Source: Amoebidium appalachense
Taxonomy: Eukaryota; Protista; Ichthyosporea
Assembly (NCBI GenBank): GCA_963693365.1
Contig: CAVNZM010000015.1
Span: 5,960,624 to 6,024,623 of the forward strand
DNA length: 64,000 nucleotides
Direction of reading: 5' to 3'
Numbering within the stretch: the stretch's first letter is position 1; every line of letters starts with the position of its first letter. This document shows, in pieces, positions 12,701 to 27,179 of the stretch. The notes beneath the pieces are model-generated. The model saw nothing but the letters and a program-made list of their open reading frames with translations, ran no database searches and was not told the DNA's origin. The position numbers and the translations under genes were made by a program.

Positions 12701-12811
12701 ACACATACCTAACAATGTATTGTGAATGAATAAAATACTTGCTTACGTGCTGGTAACATACGAGAAACAAGGATTCTCTCGCTCTTTTTTTCTTTCTTTT
12801 TTGTTTGTTTT

Positions 12812-12888
<77 letters not shown>

Positions 12889-13418
12889 AAGGGGGGGGGG
12901 GGGGGGGTCGTTTAGCAGATATATCGACTAGAGTCCCTCATCAGGGGACACATTCACAGTACTTTATTAAGATCGGCCTTCAAGGCCAAAAAAGCTCAAT
13001 CTCGAGTAAGATTAGATAGCATTTTATGAGGCCGGCCAGGCCTTAAATACAAAAAGGAGAAAAAACAACACACAGCTAAACATAGATCTAATATTAGCTA
13101 AATCAATCGACACACTGGTACATTGCCTGGAGTAAACAGCATCTATCCCACTGGTACATGTACTGTCATCATCCAACCAACACCCGTGTAGTACCTTTGT
13201 CAAGCGTTCCTACAATACTACATAAGAGAAGAGAGGGTTATATGTGTACGTGTGTACGTGTGTACGTGTGTGTGTATGTGTGTATGTGTGAGGGAGGGAG
13301 GGAGGGAGGGTTGGGAGGGAGGGAGGGGAGGGAGGGTTGGGAGGGAGGGAGGGAGGGAGGGGGGAGGGAGGGAGGGAGGGAGGGAGAGAAAGAGAGAAAG
13401 AGAGAGTGTGTGCATGTC

Positions 13419-13453
<35 letters not shown>

Positions 13454-13523
13454 GTGTGTGTGTGAGTGCATACGTGAGTGTGCATGTGCATGTGCATGTG
13501 CATGTGCATGTGCATGTGTGTGT

Positions 13524-13564
<41 letters not shown>

Positions 13565-14032
13565 GGGGGGGGGGGGAGGGAGGGAGGGAGGGAGGGAGGG
13601 AGGGAGGGAGGGAGGGACGGAGGGAGGGAGGGAGGGAGGGTTGGGGGGGGGGGGGGGGGGGGGGAGGGAGGGAGGGAGGGAGGGAGAGAAAGAGAGAGAG
13701 ACAGTGTGTGTGTGTGCATATCTGTATGTGTGTGTGTGTGTGCGTGTTTGCGTGTGTGTGTGTGTGTGCATATGTGAGTGTGCATGTGCATGTGTGTGTG
13801 TCTGTGTGTGCATATGTGCATGTGTGTGTGTGTGTTTGTATGCGTGTCTGTGTCTGATGTGTGGATGTCTGTGTATGTTGTGTGTGTGTGTATGTCTGTG
13901 TGTGTGTATGTGCTCAGTTGAAAGGGAAGGGGGGGAGAGGGGGGATGCACCGTGTGTGTGCATGTGTGCACGTGTGTGTGTGTGTGCTCTGTGGAGAGGG
14001 GAAGGGGAGGGGGGAAATGCACCGTGTGTGTG

Positions 14033-14088
<56 letters not shown>

Positions 14089-14231
14089 TTGTGTGTTTGT
14101 CTGTGTGTGCATGTCTGTGTGCGTCGTGTGTGGTGTGTGTGTGTATGTGCATGTCTGTGCATGTGTGCATGTGCTCGGTGGAGAGGGAAGGGCAAGGGGG
14201 GGATTCGTGTCCGTGCATGTGTGCATGTGTG

Positions 14232-14296
<65 letters not shown>

Positions 14297-14521
14297 ATGT
14301 ATGTGTGTGTGTATGTGCTCAGTTGAGAGGGAAGGGGGGGGGGGGGGGATGCACCGTGTGTGTGCATGTGTGCACGTGTGTGTGTGTGTGTGCTCTGTGG
14401 AGAGGGATGGGGAGGGGGAGGAAATGCACCGTGTGTGTGCATATGTGTGTGTGTCTCTCTGTATGTGTGTGTGTGTGTGTTGTGTGTTTGTGTGTGTGAG
14501 CATGTCTTTTTGTGTGTGTGT

Positions 14522-14573
<52 letters not shown>

Positions 14574-14714
14574 GGTGTGTGTGTGTGTCCCGGTGTGCAT
14601 GTGCGTGCGTGTGTGTGAGTGCATGTTTTTGGAGTGCATGTTTTTGCATTGTGTGCGAGCATGTGGATGCCTTGGTGAGAACAAGATTGGACGGTGTCGA
14701 ATGCTGTGTGTGTT

Positions 14715-14745
<31 letters not shown>
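9385..14745 (+). repeat. Left arm of a large inverted repeat
   Basis: 9385-9953 is the reverse complement of 36809-37365; 10620 onward of 36663 back into the satellite; 13490-14745 of 21565-22603 plus 34415-34657. Confidence 0.85.
10935..12590 (+). repeat. 183-bp tandem satellite, ~9 units
   Basis: Anchor ggtaaatttctcgtg (with variants) recurs at about 11054, 11236, 11419, 11602, 11785, 11968, 12151, 12334 and 12516. Confidence 0.95.
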
Positions 14746-14747
<2 letters not shown>

Positions 14748-14770
14748 CTGTGTGCGTGTGTGTTTTTTTG
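13240..14770 (+). repeat. Compound (GT)n/(GGGA)n/(GCATGT)n low-complexity block
   Basis: Directly visible; source of the spurious CVCV/HTHT ORFs. Confidence 0.95.
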
Positions 14771-14922
14771 GGGGGAGAGGGGTAGTAGGAGGACCAGAGG
14801 GGGGGGGGGGGGGGTTGGTAAAGAGTACGAGAGAAAGGGGTAAAATTTCAGACATGTGGAGGCTTGAGCAAAAGCAGGTTAAGGCCATAATGGGTAAAAC
14901 CGGCGCTGGAACGAGAGGGGAA

Positions 14923-14966
<44 letters not shown>

Positions 14967-15503
14967 GATGATGTGTGCATTCGAGGGTGGCAGCCAAAGA
15001 AGCAAAGCATCGCAAAGGACATTGCAATAGAGGGACACAGGACCAAAACAGGATCAATGGGAGAAGAGGGAAAAAAATTAATAGTTAACGGGGAGGGATA
15101 AGAAGAAATACTGCAAGTAATCGAGGCGAACAGGTATGGGGGGAACCGGGCAGGAAGAAGGGGGGGGGGGGGGGGGGGGGGGGGGAGTGAAGGACGAGAG
15201 GATGGGTCACAAGGACAGAGATTATTCAGTAGAGACTAAGGCTTCAGCCGGGAAGGGAGGGGAGGGGGGGAGGGGGGGAGAGGGAGGTGAGAGGAGGGGG
15301 TGGGGGGGGTCATAAAAGGACAAGGAAAGGAGGTGATTTCAGCAACCAGTCGAGGCTTGAACAAGAGTAGGTGAAGTTTGTAACGGTTAGCAAAACTGGT
15401 GCTAGAACGAGAGAGGAAACACACAGTGAAACGTAAAAGAGGGTAGAGAGTTGAGAGGAAGAAGGGGAAGTTTGTGTGTGTGCGTGTATGCATGGGTGGG
15501 TGG

Positions 15504-15618
<115 letters not shown>

Positions 15619-15970
15619 TGTGTGAGTGGTTACACTGGCAGCGTCCGTGGTGATGGGTTTGGGGGGGAAGGGGGTGAGGGGAGTGAGGGATGTTTCGAAG
15701 AAAGAAAAGTATTGCAAGTAACAAGGGGGCATAAAGACATAGGACTAAAACAAAATGGAGGGGGAGGAGGGGGGGATGCTGTAAACTTTGATGCGTCTCG
15801 GGGACGTGTGTAGGGACTGCGAGTTCTCTTAGATTTGCATTTCAGAATTTTTACTCTATTCCTCCAGGTTTTTTTAATATTTTTTTTAGGGTTGGGTTGG
15901 GGGGGGGGGAGGGGGGGGGGGGGGTTGTCATTACTTTCCTGTATTATCCTTCATGATACTTCAAGTTTTA

Positions 15971-16466
15971 TACCCTACAGCTTACACAGGATGTAGGCTG
16001 GTGAAAGGTTTAATGGTAGGACGTTCGGTGACGTTTGTACCACGGACCACGGGAACATCTTCCCCAGGAACAGTATTCAAAACAAAGAACTTTTATATTT
16101 TGGTTTTTTTATAAAAATATTTTCTGTAAACCGTGATGGTGTCCGATATCAACAGGCTTTGTTTCATGTTTAGCAGCGCGTCGCTGCCCGCAACGGCACA
16201 CGACAAAACACCAGATTCCAAGACAACCGAGTATTGCCAGGAAACAAAACACAATAGCAGCGAGCACACAGTTTAGCAGATCAGCAGGCAACACTAGCAC
16301 CTACAGCACGCTATTTTTCTTTTTTTAGGGTCCCTAAAGGTATACCCTACAGCTACACAGGAGTAGGTGGTGAAAGGTTTAATGGTAGGACGGTGACGTT
16401 TGTACCACGGACCACGGGAACATCTTCCCCAGGAACAGTATTCAAAACAAAGAACTTTTATATTTT
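15971..16466 (+). repeat. ~130-bp direct repeats flanking a degenerate Ngaro A repeat
   Basis: 15971-16100 matches 16341-16466. 16101-16326 retains A motifs gtccgatatcaacag, tttagcagatcagca and tagcacctacagc. Confidence 0.75.
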
Positions 16467-17665
16467 GAGGTGCTAAAAACGTGAGGACCATTTGTTATGG
16501 CCGTTGCCCTTCTCAATCTTGGTACGGAAATGCACCCATAATAAGTAACTGCAAATGTATTGTATATGACGTGTGTATATCGTACAGGTACTGGTAGTAT
16601 ATTGATAGTACCTCCTACGTAATGATTTGTTCGCAATCGAACATACTGGCAGTATATACTGAGACTATAACCAATATATGGTGTCCTTAGCTGTGTCCGT
16701 ATTGGTGACAGTATTATAGATGTATTCGTGACATTGCCAATACCACTTGTGCCTTAGATATTCGCAATAGGATAAAAGTTTTCTTGCTATATCATGTTTA
16801 TGTTTTACTAATATGGATGTGATATGGGTAGGATATGATCTACATAATGTCAGTATATGTCCACCCTAATACCACGGTATTAGCAATGTACTGCGCATAC
16901 AAGGACTACACTCCGAACATGTTTGTTGAACATGTGTTGGCAATACATTCACAATATTGCAACTACATAGGTAAAGTGACCTGATCTTTCATCCCCAATA
17001 TTTTACCAATATATTGGCAATAAAATACACGCCCCATATTTTCGGTTGCTTTTAGGCTATTGATAATAGGTGCATAATAGTCTTGATATTGTGACGGATA
17101 CATTGGCAATACATTTCGACCGAATTGAGATCCTATTATAATCATATCATAACCCTATAACCAATAGCGACATTATGTTTGTATCGGCCATATGGGACAT
17201 ATGGGTTGGGTATATTGCCAATATCCCGAAATGGTCAGGAAGAATACATTCATAATATATTGGCAATAGTCTTGCCACGTTGGACAATACCCTAATTTGA
17301 CACAAAATTGTCCTACATTTTATATATTCATAACGTATTGACAATACTCCGCAAGCAATAGTATAATACCGAATAAGTACATTGACAATATCGAAATTGT
17401 ATTGTTAATAGGCACACGTACACGCATTTTGGGATATTGCCAGTACATTACTCATACGGTATATAGTTATTGGTGGTAGACCTGACATGGTATGACAATA
17501 ATATAAAAATATTATGCCGATATTACGTCAATATTACAGTTCTATTACACTTCTATAGCGTCTCTACCACAGAAAATTTCTACTCGCAATACATTGGCAA
17601 TGGATAATTGATATTACTTCAGTATTAATCTGGTGTTTTTACGATATTGGCAATAGATAATAGCC

Positions 17666-18004
17666 TCACAATATTGGCAATACCACGGGGAAGTTTGCTG
17701 ATGTAAATAACGCCTGAAGTAGTCGACCATAGGGAAGTGGGAGTCCTCGAGTCGCCAACTTATGCCAAAGCAAATTCTTCGGAACCGTGTCGTAGGCATT
17801 CTTAAGGTCATGAAGCAAACCTCGCGATATCCCGAACGGAAGTGTCGTGTAAAAGAAGAGATGAGTATAGCACGAATAAGCATGCCGAAAACCGCCCGAA
17901 TGTTCTCGTCTCGCGGGGTCTGACTCACACGCTGGTTGGACAAACTTCCGGCTAGTCCAGTGATGCCTATATCGGTCTATTTTTGGAATGTGCGGGAACA
18001 ACAA
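17666..18004 (-). pseudogene. Non-LTR (LINE) reverse transcriptase fragment
   Basis: DLKNAYDTVPKNLLWHKLATRGLP...RLLQALF resembles the LINE RT D-x-x-K-A-Y/F-D-x-V...LW region. Confidence 0.75.
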
Positions 18005-19379
18005 AACAGTTACACCATATTCTCATCAGACCCACCACACCTTTGTTGGTTAGTTGAAACATGTTTTACAATCACCATCAGCCAGCAATCCAATTGTCTG
18101 ATGGTACGCAGTATTCACCCAATCACGATGCCGAGGTAGCCGAGCCAACCAGCTGTAGCATCAATGCCAATGTCAACGGATACCAGCTCCATTGTTTATC
18201 GCACGGGTCACATTTTTATCTCCCCTCACCTCGGAACGGAGGACACATCTACGGTCACTTCCCCGTCACAGCAACACGGACTTTATTTTCTATGCACCGA
18301 TCTCCCAAGTTCACTCCACCATCCCACTCACCGGCGTCCCTACAATAGCAGGCCGTGCCTACCAAGCAGTCCAAGCATGCTACCTCACCCTACAGATGAG
18401 GCACCACGACGGACTGGTTGCTCCATTTGGCATCATCCGTTCGTTTCTCCACTCCGAGTTCACTATCTACTGCGTCAGACCACAAGCCTATTATCATTCA
18501 AATTTCCACTCCTGTTTCTCCACACAGTTTGTGTAACTAAACGCCTTATTGCTCGCAAACAAGAGTGAACTCAATCGGCTTAGTATCAAAGTGCCTAAAG
18601 GAGATTCACCTCACCCTCCTGCAGGCCGTGCAGGATGCCGAAGCAGAGGGACCCACCCAGAGGTATTTATTCTCTCTCATCTATGAACAGTGATAGTGTG
18701 GTCGTAGTGTCGAATATCCCTATGTTGGGTTACGATCATCTCTCACCTAGACCACTTAGGCCAAACTCCTCCGTTACTCCTCAAGAGTCTAGGCCGTTGC
18801 CCCAAAGAACGACCCACACCCACCGGACGCTGGTTGATGGCCGTCAGCGCGGCGCACACCCCGGAGGTGGGGTGTTTGTTGTCAGCGTGATGTTGCGCAC
18901 GGCGTGCTCGCAGGAAAGCCCGCCCGTGCGTGCGCACAGCGAGGGAAGCGTCGGGCGTGTGGGGGCAGGCTGTGTGGGCGTCTGAGTGTGCAGCTGCGTC
19001 CAGCTCGCTCCCTTGTCCAGCAGCACCTGCAGCCCGTTGGCTGGCGGCAAACCGCACCATGATGTCCACCAGGCCGTTCCCGTGCCCGCTCGGGGGTACC
19101 CCACCGTGCCGAGCACCGTGCCACTGGCACCGAGTAGAGCCCGGACGCGACTGGTACTCGTCGAACGTCAGCGGTACACCAGGCTGCAGTGAGCCCGCAT
19201 AACTGGTGTCCTCCTTGTCGTACCGCGAGTTTGTGCCCGACGTGAACAGCGGCTGCGGCGGCCGAAACCAATTGCCCACAAGGCATCGGCACCGCTGTTC
19301 GTGCCGTCGCCGGCCCCATCAGCAATCTCCCCCCCTCGTAACCCCACCGAAGACCTCGTCGATGGGTTGGCACTGGTTT

Positions 19380-20200
19380 AGGACTGTCTAATGGATGGGT
19401 TTAGGGTTTTGAAGGAAAAACCTCCAAACCCGTCGACGACGTCGTAGACCGTCGGGGAGTGGTTTACGACCCCTTTAGGGATGACCGAATATTGGGACGC
19501 CCAAGATACCCAACCACACCATGAGGGCACCAAAGACCCTAACCCCAAATATACACTGATGTCGTGCACACCAAAAACTCACCCAAAAACGAAAAAAAAA
19601 CGAAAAACCCAAAACCCAAAGATGAAAAAGGCACCCCCTCGAAAAAAGGAAAGTCGAAGATGGTTACAATTCCATATGAATTCCGACAACCATTAGTTGT
19701 GTAAACCCCCCCCCCCCACGAATGAATGCTCTGCACACCCAACGTAAGACTGTAATGGACGTCTGAAAACCCGCTATTGGATTGTTTACACGGCACACCT
19801 CCGGATTACGACATCATAAGGTTGTCTTGCTGCACCCCCACGGAAGACTGTCTTAAGACGTCGGAAACAACTGTTGAATGGATGGGTTTACAATATCCAT
19901 AGGAATGTCCTCGACAACCATTAGTTGTCGTAAACCCCCCAGAGTGCGACATCGTAACATGCTCGGGCGACACCCAACGTAAGACTGTCAATGGACGTCT
20001 GAAAACCTGCCTAATGGATTGGTTTACAGTATCCATTTGAAGGTCCACGACACACCATGTATGTCGTAAACACCTGCAAATTACGACATCGTTAGATGAT
20101 ATTATGATGCCCCATCGTAAGACTGTCATTAGACGTCTGAAAACCCCGCCTGATGGATGGGTTTACCGTATCGATAGGAAGGTCATGGCAGGCCATGTTG
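19380..20200 (+). repeat. Degenerate ~100-140-bp tandem repeat
   Basis: cgtaagactgtc...gacgtctgaaaac...atggat(t/g)ggtttac recurs at ~19743, 19841, 19978 and 20115. Confidence 0.7.
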
Positions 20201-20536
20201 AAATCACATAAATTAGCACTGGTAGTAAAAAGCCAAGCTGAGTGTACATTTTAATTGAGAATCTGGAGGGGCTGCTGTATAGCTATATGATACCACTATC
20301 ATTAGGCAGATATGTGTAATATAGGTGTTAATAATTTTCTTGTAAAATTGTAAATAATAACTGGTGGCACGGCCTTCTGGATACATATAACCGTTATGGA
20401 TGTTTTATGGGGGTTTCGTGGGAATGCTGGCATACTTGAAAGAGAATACATAAGAGAACGAATCGGATGCTGAGGGGGTACAACAACTAGCAGAGTTTGT
20501 GGGTGCCTGGAACGGCACTGATTATAGTAGGGATAA

Positions 20537-20998
20537 TTAGACCCCCCACACAGAGAACTGCCTAATGCAAAGTTTGGTTGTGCTCCCAACAATCCCCTGC
20601 ACGTTATTAACTGTTGAATCCCCCCTTTTCCCTATGTATTATAGCGCATTTTGCCTAATATGGATGTACAACGGTTAATAACTTTCCCCACAGAAATGGG
20701 GAGACAGTCCGACCTGATGCGGTTTTGTTAGACCCCCCACACAGAGACACTCCCTCATGCAAAGTTTGGTTGTGCCCCCATCAATCCCCTGCACGTTATT
20801 AACCGTTGAATTCCCCCCTTTCCCTATGTATTACAGCGCATTTTGCCTAATATGGACGTACAACGGTCAATAACTTTTCCCACAGAAATGGGGGGACAGT
20901 CCGACGGTCGGACCGGTTTTGTTACATTAACCACACAGAGAAACTGCCTAAAGCAAAGTTTGGTTGGGCCCCATCAATCCCCTGCACGTTATTAACCG
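20537..20998 (+). repeat. ~190-bp tandem repeat, ~2.4 units
   Basis: ccacacagaga...gcaaagtttggttg...aatcccctgcacgttattaac occurs three times. Confidence 0.85.
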
Positions 20999-21426
20999 TG
21001 CAAATGTATCCATCTTGTAGTATCCACCTTTCGGTGGTTCACATGTCTACGGTGTAATAAAGATGTCCAAACATAGTCCATAAGAAGCCTATGTATATCC
21101 AGGGCCACCCCAAGACTGTACAATACATCAATTACTGTCGTAAAAGATATATCGTACGGAAAGAGAGAAAACGAGAACGACACAAACACCGCAGGAACTA
21201 TCAAAATGATACAGTACTCACCTGCAAAATGAATGCATGCAGAGTTGTATATGATCGGCATGCAGTATTTTGAGCCGCCCCAGCCCAGCGACCCCCCCCA
21301 GAGGGCCCAGAAAGAACGCCACGCCTGCTTTTTTTGTGATATACTAATAAATGCACTAGAGCGGGAGAACGGTACAACGTGAGGGGGGGGGGGGGTCGTA
21401 GTGGGAAGGAGGGAAGACAGGGGGGG

Positions 21427-21466
<40 letters not shown>

Positions 21467-21565
21467 ACACGTACGTTCTCGCTCCTTCATCTCGTTGAGT
21501 GAGTCCTTTTAGAATGTATTTCCGTTTATTTTTACACATATCGCCACACCGGCGACACAGCCCCG

Positions 21566-21600
<35 letters not shown>

Positions 21601-21724
21601 CAACACACACAGCACGATACCGTCCAACTTGCTCTTCCCAAGGCATCCACAGCCGCACACAATGCAGAAACATGCACTCACACACACGCACGCACACTGG
21701 CACACCGGGACACACACACACACC

Positions 21725-21806
<82 letters not shown>

Positions 21807-22004
21807 ACACACACACAAACACACAACACACACACACACACATACAGAGAAACACACACACATATGCACACGCACGGGCATTTCCTCCCCTCCCATTCCC
21901 CTCCACAGAGCACACACACACACACACGTGCACACATGCACACACATGGTGCATCCCCCCCCCCCCCCTTCCCTCTCAACCGAGCACAACACACACACAT
22001 ACAT

Positions 22005-22047
<43 letters not shown>

Positions 22048-24366
22048 CACACATGCACACATGCACGGACACGAATCCCCCCTTCCCCTTCCCTCTCCAC
22101 CGAGCACATGCACACAGCACAGACATGCACACACACACACACACCACACACGACGCACACAGACATGCACACACACACAAACACACAACACACACACACA
22201 CATACACACAGACACACACACACACACACACACACATACATGCACACACACGGTGCATTTCCCCCCTCCCCTTCCCTCTCCACAGAGCACACACACACAC
22301 ACGTGCACACATGCACACACACGTGCATCCCCCTCTCCCCCCTGCCCCAACGAGCACAACACACACACAGACATGCACACACACACAACATACACAGACA
22401 TCCACACACAGACACAGACACGCAACACACACACACACACGCACAAACACACACATGCACATATGCACACACAGACACACACACATGCACATGCACACTC
22501 ACATATGCACACACACACACACACGCAAACACACACACACACACACACATACAGATATGCACACACACACACTGTCTCTCTCTCTTTTCTCCCTCCCTCC
22601 CACTTTGTAATACGTATATTAAATGTAATCTCTAGTTTGTGTTATGTTTCAGTTCATATGCTTAGTGTAAATGCCACACTCCTATTATGTAAAGTGTAGC
22701 ATCGATCTCCGAACTTTATACTTTAATGTGTTGTATCGGCTTTAATCGTGTGTTGTAATATCGATTAGAATATTTATATTGTGTACACGGATCCACCCAC
22801 TCAGGGAGAGACGTTAATTTCGTGTGTACATAAATATCTCTGGTTATAGTTATCTATTACTATCTTTTTTTGATCTGTGCCTCTTTTCCTTCCTCTTTCT
22901 CCTTCCTTATTTTCTTTCCTTTCTCTCCTTGTCTTCATGTGTATAGTCGTATTTCTTTTACTAAAATTTAGGTAGATTTTTATTAATAGTATTAGGTACA
23001 ATAGCACAAAATAATGACTTATTTATTATTTCATGTGTTGCCGCTTAACCAATATCAAGGTTAAGTGTGATAGAGTCTTCAGTATGTATAGAGAAGAAAA
23101 AGTCCTATCGTGTACGTCTCCGACGAGAAAGCAAAACAGAAAAAGTAGGTACTGTTGCACTCACCACTGTGTCTCTCTTTCATCCCAAATACTTATATAT
23201 TTAACAGTTAGCAGCCTTTGCACGCTCCCTACACACACTAGAACTAGCGATGTTTTTCAATCATGGATCCAAACAAAATGGAAACAAAATAACCAGTGGA
23301 AAGGTGAAGGGAAGACTGGCCCGAAGCAACCACCATTTTCAATGGGAAATCATCTCGGAGATGACCGGCACAAAGGTGCGACTGTGGATGTTGACGCGAC
23401 ACTACGTCCCCCTACCACCGTCGCGGTGACGGGAACCCCCCACGGCACGGACCCGGGACCAAGGAGGCCCGCAATTGCCCCGCCCAATGAAGAACATCGA
23501 CCCTTCCGTCCTCACCACCGTTGCCCAGAGAGGACCGGGGGGCCACCCAGGCACCCGAGTCCGCATCCTCACCGTAGTGGGATGCCGTGCCCCAGCCCGG
23601 GAATCACACCACCACCTGAGGCGCAGACCACGGAACCAGCTCCAGTCCCTCCAAGATGAGTCCATTCACTTCACTCGTCTCTATGAAAAACTACTCCGGG
23701 ACGTGTGTTGCCTCTAGGGGGACATCCCCTTGGACGAAAGTGAACCTGCAATGGTTGTAAACCACGGCAAGCCCCCAGTCATCAATTTATTGATCCGTGA
23801 GGTCCATGTGCCCAAAAAACGGGGGAAGGCTTCGCCCCGTGAAAAAACAGCACGTATGTGTGGATCAATGGGGGTTGTGTGTGGGTATAGGTGGGTGGGT
23901 GAAAAGGAATATATAGCTGTAAGGCTGTGGATGCTAAACACAGAAGATGTGTTTGTAGCTTGCTGATCTGCTAAAAACTGTCGTGCTTATATACCTAAGC
24001 CTACCGATCTGAACCAATCAAAAATCGATCTAGTGATATGTGAAATCTGATCCGAACCAATCATAACTCGGTCTAGTGATCTGTGGTATCTGATGTTTTG
24101 ACTGGCTAATAGGTGCCCGTGTGCGGGCAGCCAACCGCTAACTGCTAAAACACGAAATGAAGCCTACATGGTTATGTTGGTATCGAACACCCATCCTACG
24201 TGTTTACCCAGAAAAATATTTATGTCAATAATTTCCACAAATAAAACCTCTATGAAAAACTACTCCGGGACGTGTGTTGCCTCTAGGGGGACATCCCCTT
24301 GGACGAAAGTGAACCTGCAATGGTTGTAAACCACGGCACGAGAGCAGTATGCTTGCTCCAAAGGTT

Positions 24367-25427
24367 TCACTTAAGAATAGAGGCGAATACACGTGTGGTG
24401 GTGGCAGCAATGGAGGCCGGACGAAGTCGGGTATAGATCAGGAAGCAGTCGGAGGACCACCGGCCGAGTTGTTTGATCCGGGAGTCGTCGACCCCGGCCT
24501 CAGCCAGTGCTGTGGCCCCCCCGATGCGGAGGCTGTGTCCGGCAAACCGGGAGGGTGAGAGGCCTGCCCGGGAGAGGAGGGCACGGAAATCGGCAGAGAA
24601 AGCACTCTTGGTGTAGGGGATGCCACCGAGACTGAAGAGGGGGTCGTCGGGTTGACCGGACGTTGTATCCAGGAACTGCCGGAGGAGATGGGCTGGGGAG
24701 AAGTGGGTGAGGGGCAGGGCAGCTAGGGTGACGTTGACACCTCGGGCCTGTACATCCGTCTTAGAGGTTGGCAGGTGGAGGGTGGCATGGGACAAAGTAC
24801 CGGTGGGGGTGTAGCTGAAGGTCACGTCCTTCCGTTTAACGTGACGGGACGGGTCGAAAGAAGTCAGGGTCTTGGAGGTAAATTCCCCTGAACGGAGGAG
24901 ACCACAGAAACCGACGATGAGGGCCGTCCATAGCCGGAGATTGGCCGAGGAGGCCTTGGTGGGGCACTGGCCGTGGAGTAGGTGGAGGTGGGAGGGGAGG
25001 AGGGGTTCCCTGGTGGATGAGCGGGGTCGGATGTTGTGAGAAAGCTGCCATCGGCCTACCCCCCGTAGGAACCAGGCCAGAGACTTGTCGTGGGGGTAGG
25101 GAGCAGGGAGGCCCATGTCGAGGTGGAGCCTGGTGATGGCCGAATTGTAGCCGGTTAAGGAAGAGGCCTGTACCCCTTGTTGGGCACACCAGGCGAGAAA
25201 AAGTTGCACGGTGTGTGGGGAGGCCGGGAGGGAGGACCCGGAGGAGGATTGCAGCCGAGATGCCACACAGAAATCGATGAACACTTTTTGCACCCGGGAG
25301 TAAAAGGCCCGAGAGTCGAGGTTGAGACTCAGGGCCTGGCATTCCTGCAGGGTAGTGGTGGCTCGAAGCAGCTCGGCCGGAGCAAAGTGGGGGGCCAATC
25401 TGCCAGTGTTGCTCCGGAACGGGAGAT
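24367..25427 (-). CDS. Tyrosine recombinase of Ngaro copy 3 (frame open from the predicted splice acceptor at 25427)
   Basis: LLRSGEF, SKTD, HSLRIGGAT, GRWSSD..Y motifs. Confidence 0.92.
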
Positions 25428-25454
25428 CTGGGGGGGGGGGGGGGGGGGGGGGGG

Positions 25455-27138
25455 TTAGCCCAAGGGAAGGGATAGGAACTCGTGGACCCAGGAGGGGAAG
25501 GGGCAGGGCTCCGGTTGCAGGGAAGGTCGGAGTCGTCGGGCCCGGGGAAGTTGGTTACGAGAAATGGCATCGGCCAGATGGTTGAGGGGTCCTGGTAGGT
25601 AGGATGCCTGTAACGTAAATTGGTATTGCATTTCCATGCGGGTGATGAACCGAATAAGTTTGGCCATCACGGGGTGGGGGGAAGACCGGGAGTGCAGGTC
25701 AGACACAGCACCCGTGTTGTCGCATAAAATACGGACATGGTGGGTGGACCAGGAGGGGGCCCAGAGGGCCACGGCGGCTGCGATGGCCAGGAGTTCGATG
25801 ACGGAAGAACCGAGTTTACCCTCATGAGCATAGAGGGCTTGGGTGGAGGGGGACCAGGGCATGAAGAACCATTGGTCGAGCCAGTGGCCACCTAGACCCA
25901 CCGATCCGGCAGCATCAGTGGCCAGGGTGGTGTATGTGGGGGGTGTGATGAGGTGCACCCCATTCCATGATGTGAGGAACTGGTGCCATTCGGCTATGTC
26001 GGCCCGGGCGGCAGCAGTCAGTCGTATGTGGTGGTGGCCGGCAAGGTGTGGGTGGGTCCGGAGAAGGGCCCATAGGCGCTGGGAGAAGGCCCTCCCGGGG
26101 GGAACCAGCTGGGCACACCAGGTGAGTTTGCCGAGGAGGGACTGGAGGTCCCGAATGGTGATGGTGGGCTTTGGGTGGGAAGTGAGGTCGAGTAGGTCCG
26201 AGAGCTTGGAAGCCGGGATTCGTGCCTCCATGGCGATGGAGTCGAATTCGATACCGATGAAGACGACACGGGTAGCCGGGCCCTGCATCTTGTCTTCGGA
26301 GATGGCAATGTGCAGCTCTCGGCAGAGTTGCAGAAAGGTGGATAGGTGACGTTGGCACTGCTGTTGTGTGGGGGCGACTATAATCCAGTCGTCTACGTAG
26401 TGGCGGATGAGGGTAATACCGTGCTGGTGTGCCAGCCACTGTAGGGTGGCCGCGATCCGTTCCCAGATGGCTGGGCTAGATTTCAGGCCGAAGGGCAGTC
26501 TGGTTTCAACGTAAAAATGCCCTTGCCATTTGAATGCCATTAAGTGGTGGTCTTCCGGTCGGATGGGCATGTGCCGGAAGGCAGCCTGCACATCTGCCAC
26601 GGCCATGTAGCAGCCGGGGCCTGCGTCGAGAATGAGTTGGGTGACATCCCGGGCGCGAATGTACTGAAGTTCGTCGGGGTAGGTGATGCTGTCATTGACA
26701 CTGCTACCCCGGGGCCAGGAGAGGTGGTGGATTCGACGGTACTTGGGGGGGTTCCCTTTCTTGGTAACGGCGCCGATGGGGGAGGAACGGTGGACGGGAA
26801 ATTCGTCAAAGAATTGGGCCGGGGAGAGGGGGCCGCGCAGGTGGCCGAGGGCGACTTCTTTGGCAATATCCACCGTGATAGCGGCAGCTGCCTCCGGGGG
26901 TGGTGGGTAGGTTGGGGCCCACCCGAGAGGTGGAGGGGCCGCGATAGCCGATGTCGACGCCGAATTCGACATCGTGGAGGAGTTGTGCGGCGAATGGTTG
27001 GTCCGGGTAGGAGGCCAGCAGTTCCCGGAGGCGGGAGGTGTCAATGTGGTGCTGGGGCAGCGGGCGGGCCTCCGGGTCTGAGCCTCGGGGGAAGGGGTGG
27101 TTAGCAAGGGTGGTGTACCCTTGGGGAGATCCCGGCAG

Positions 27139-27179
<41 letters not shown>

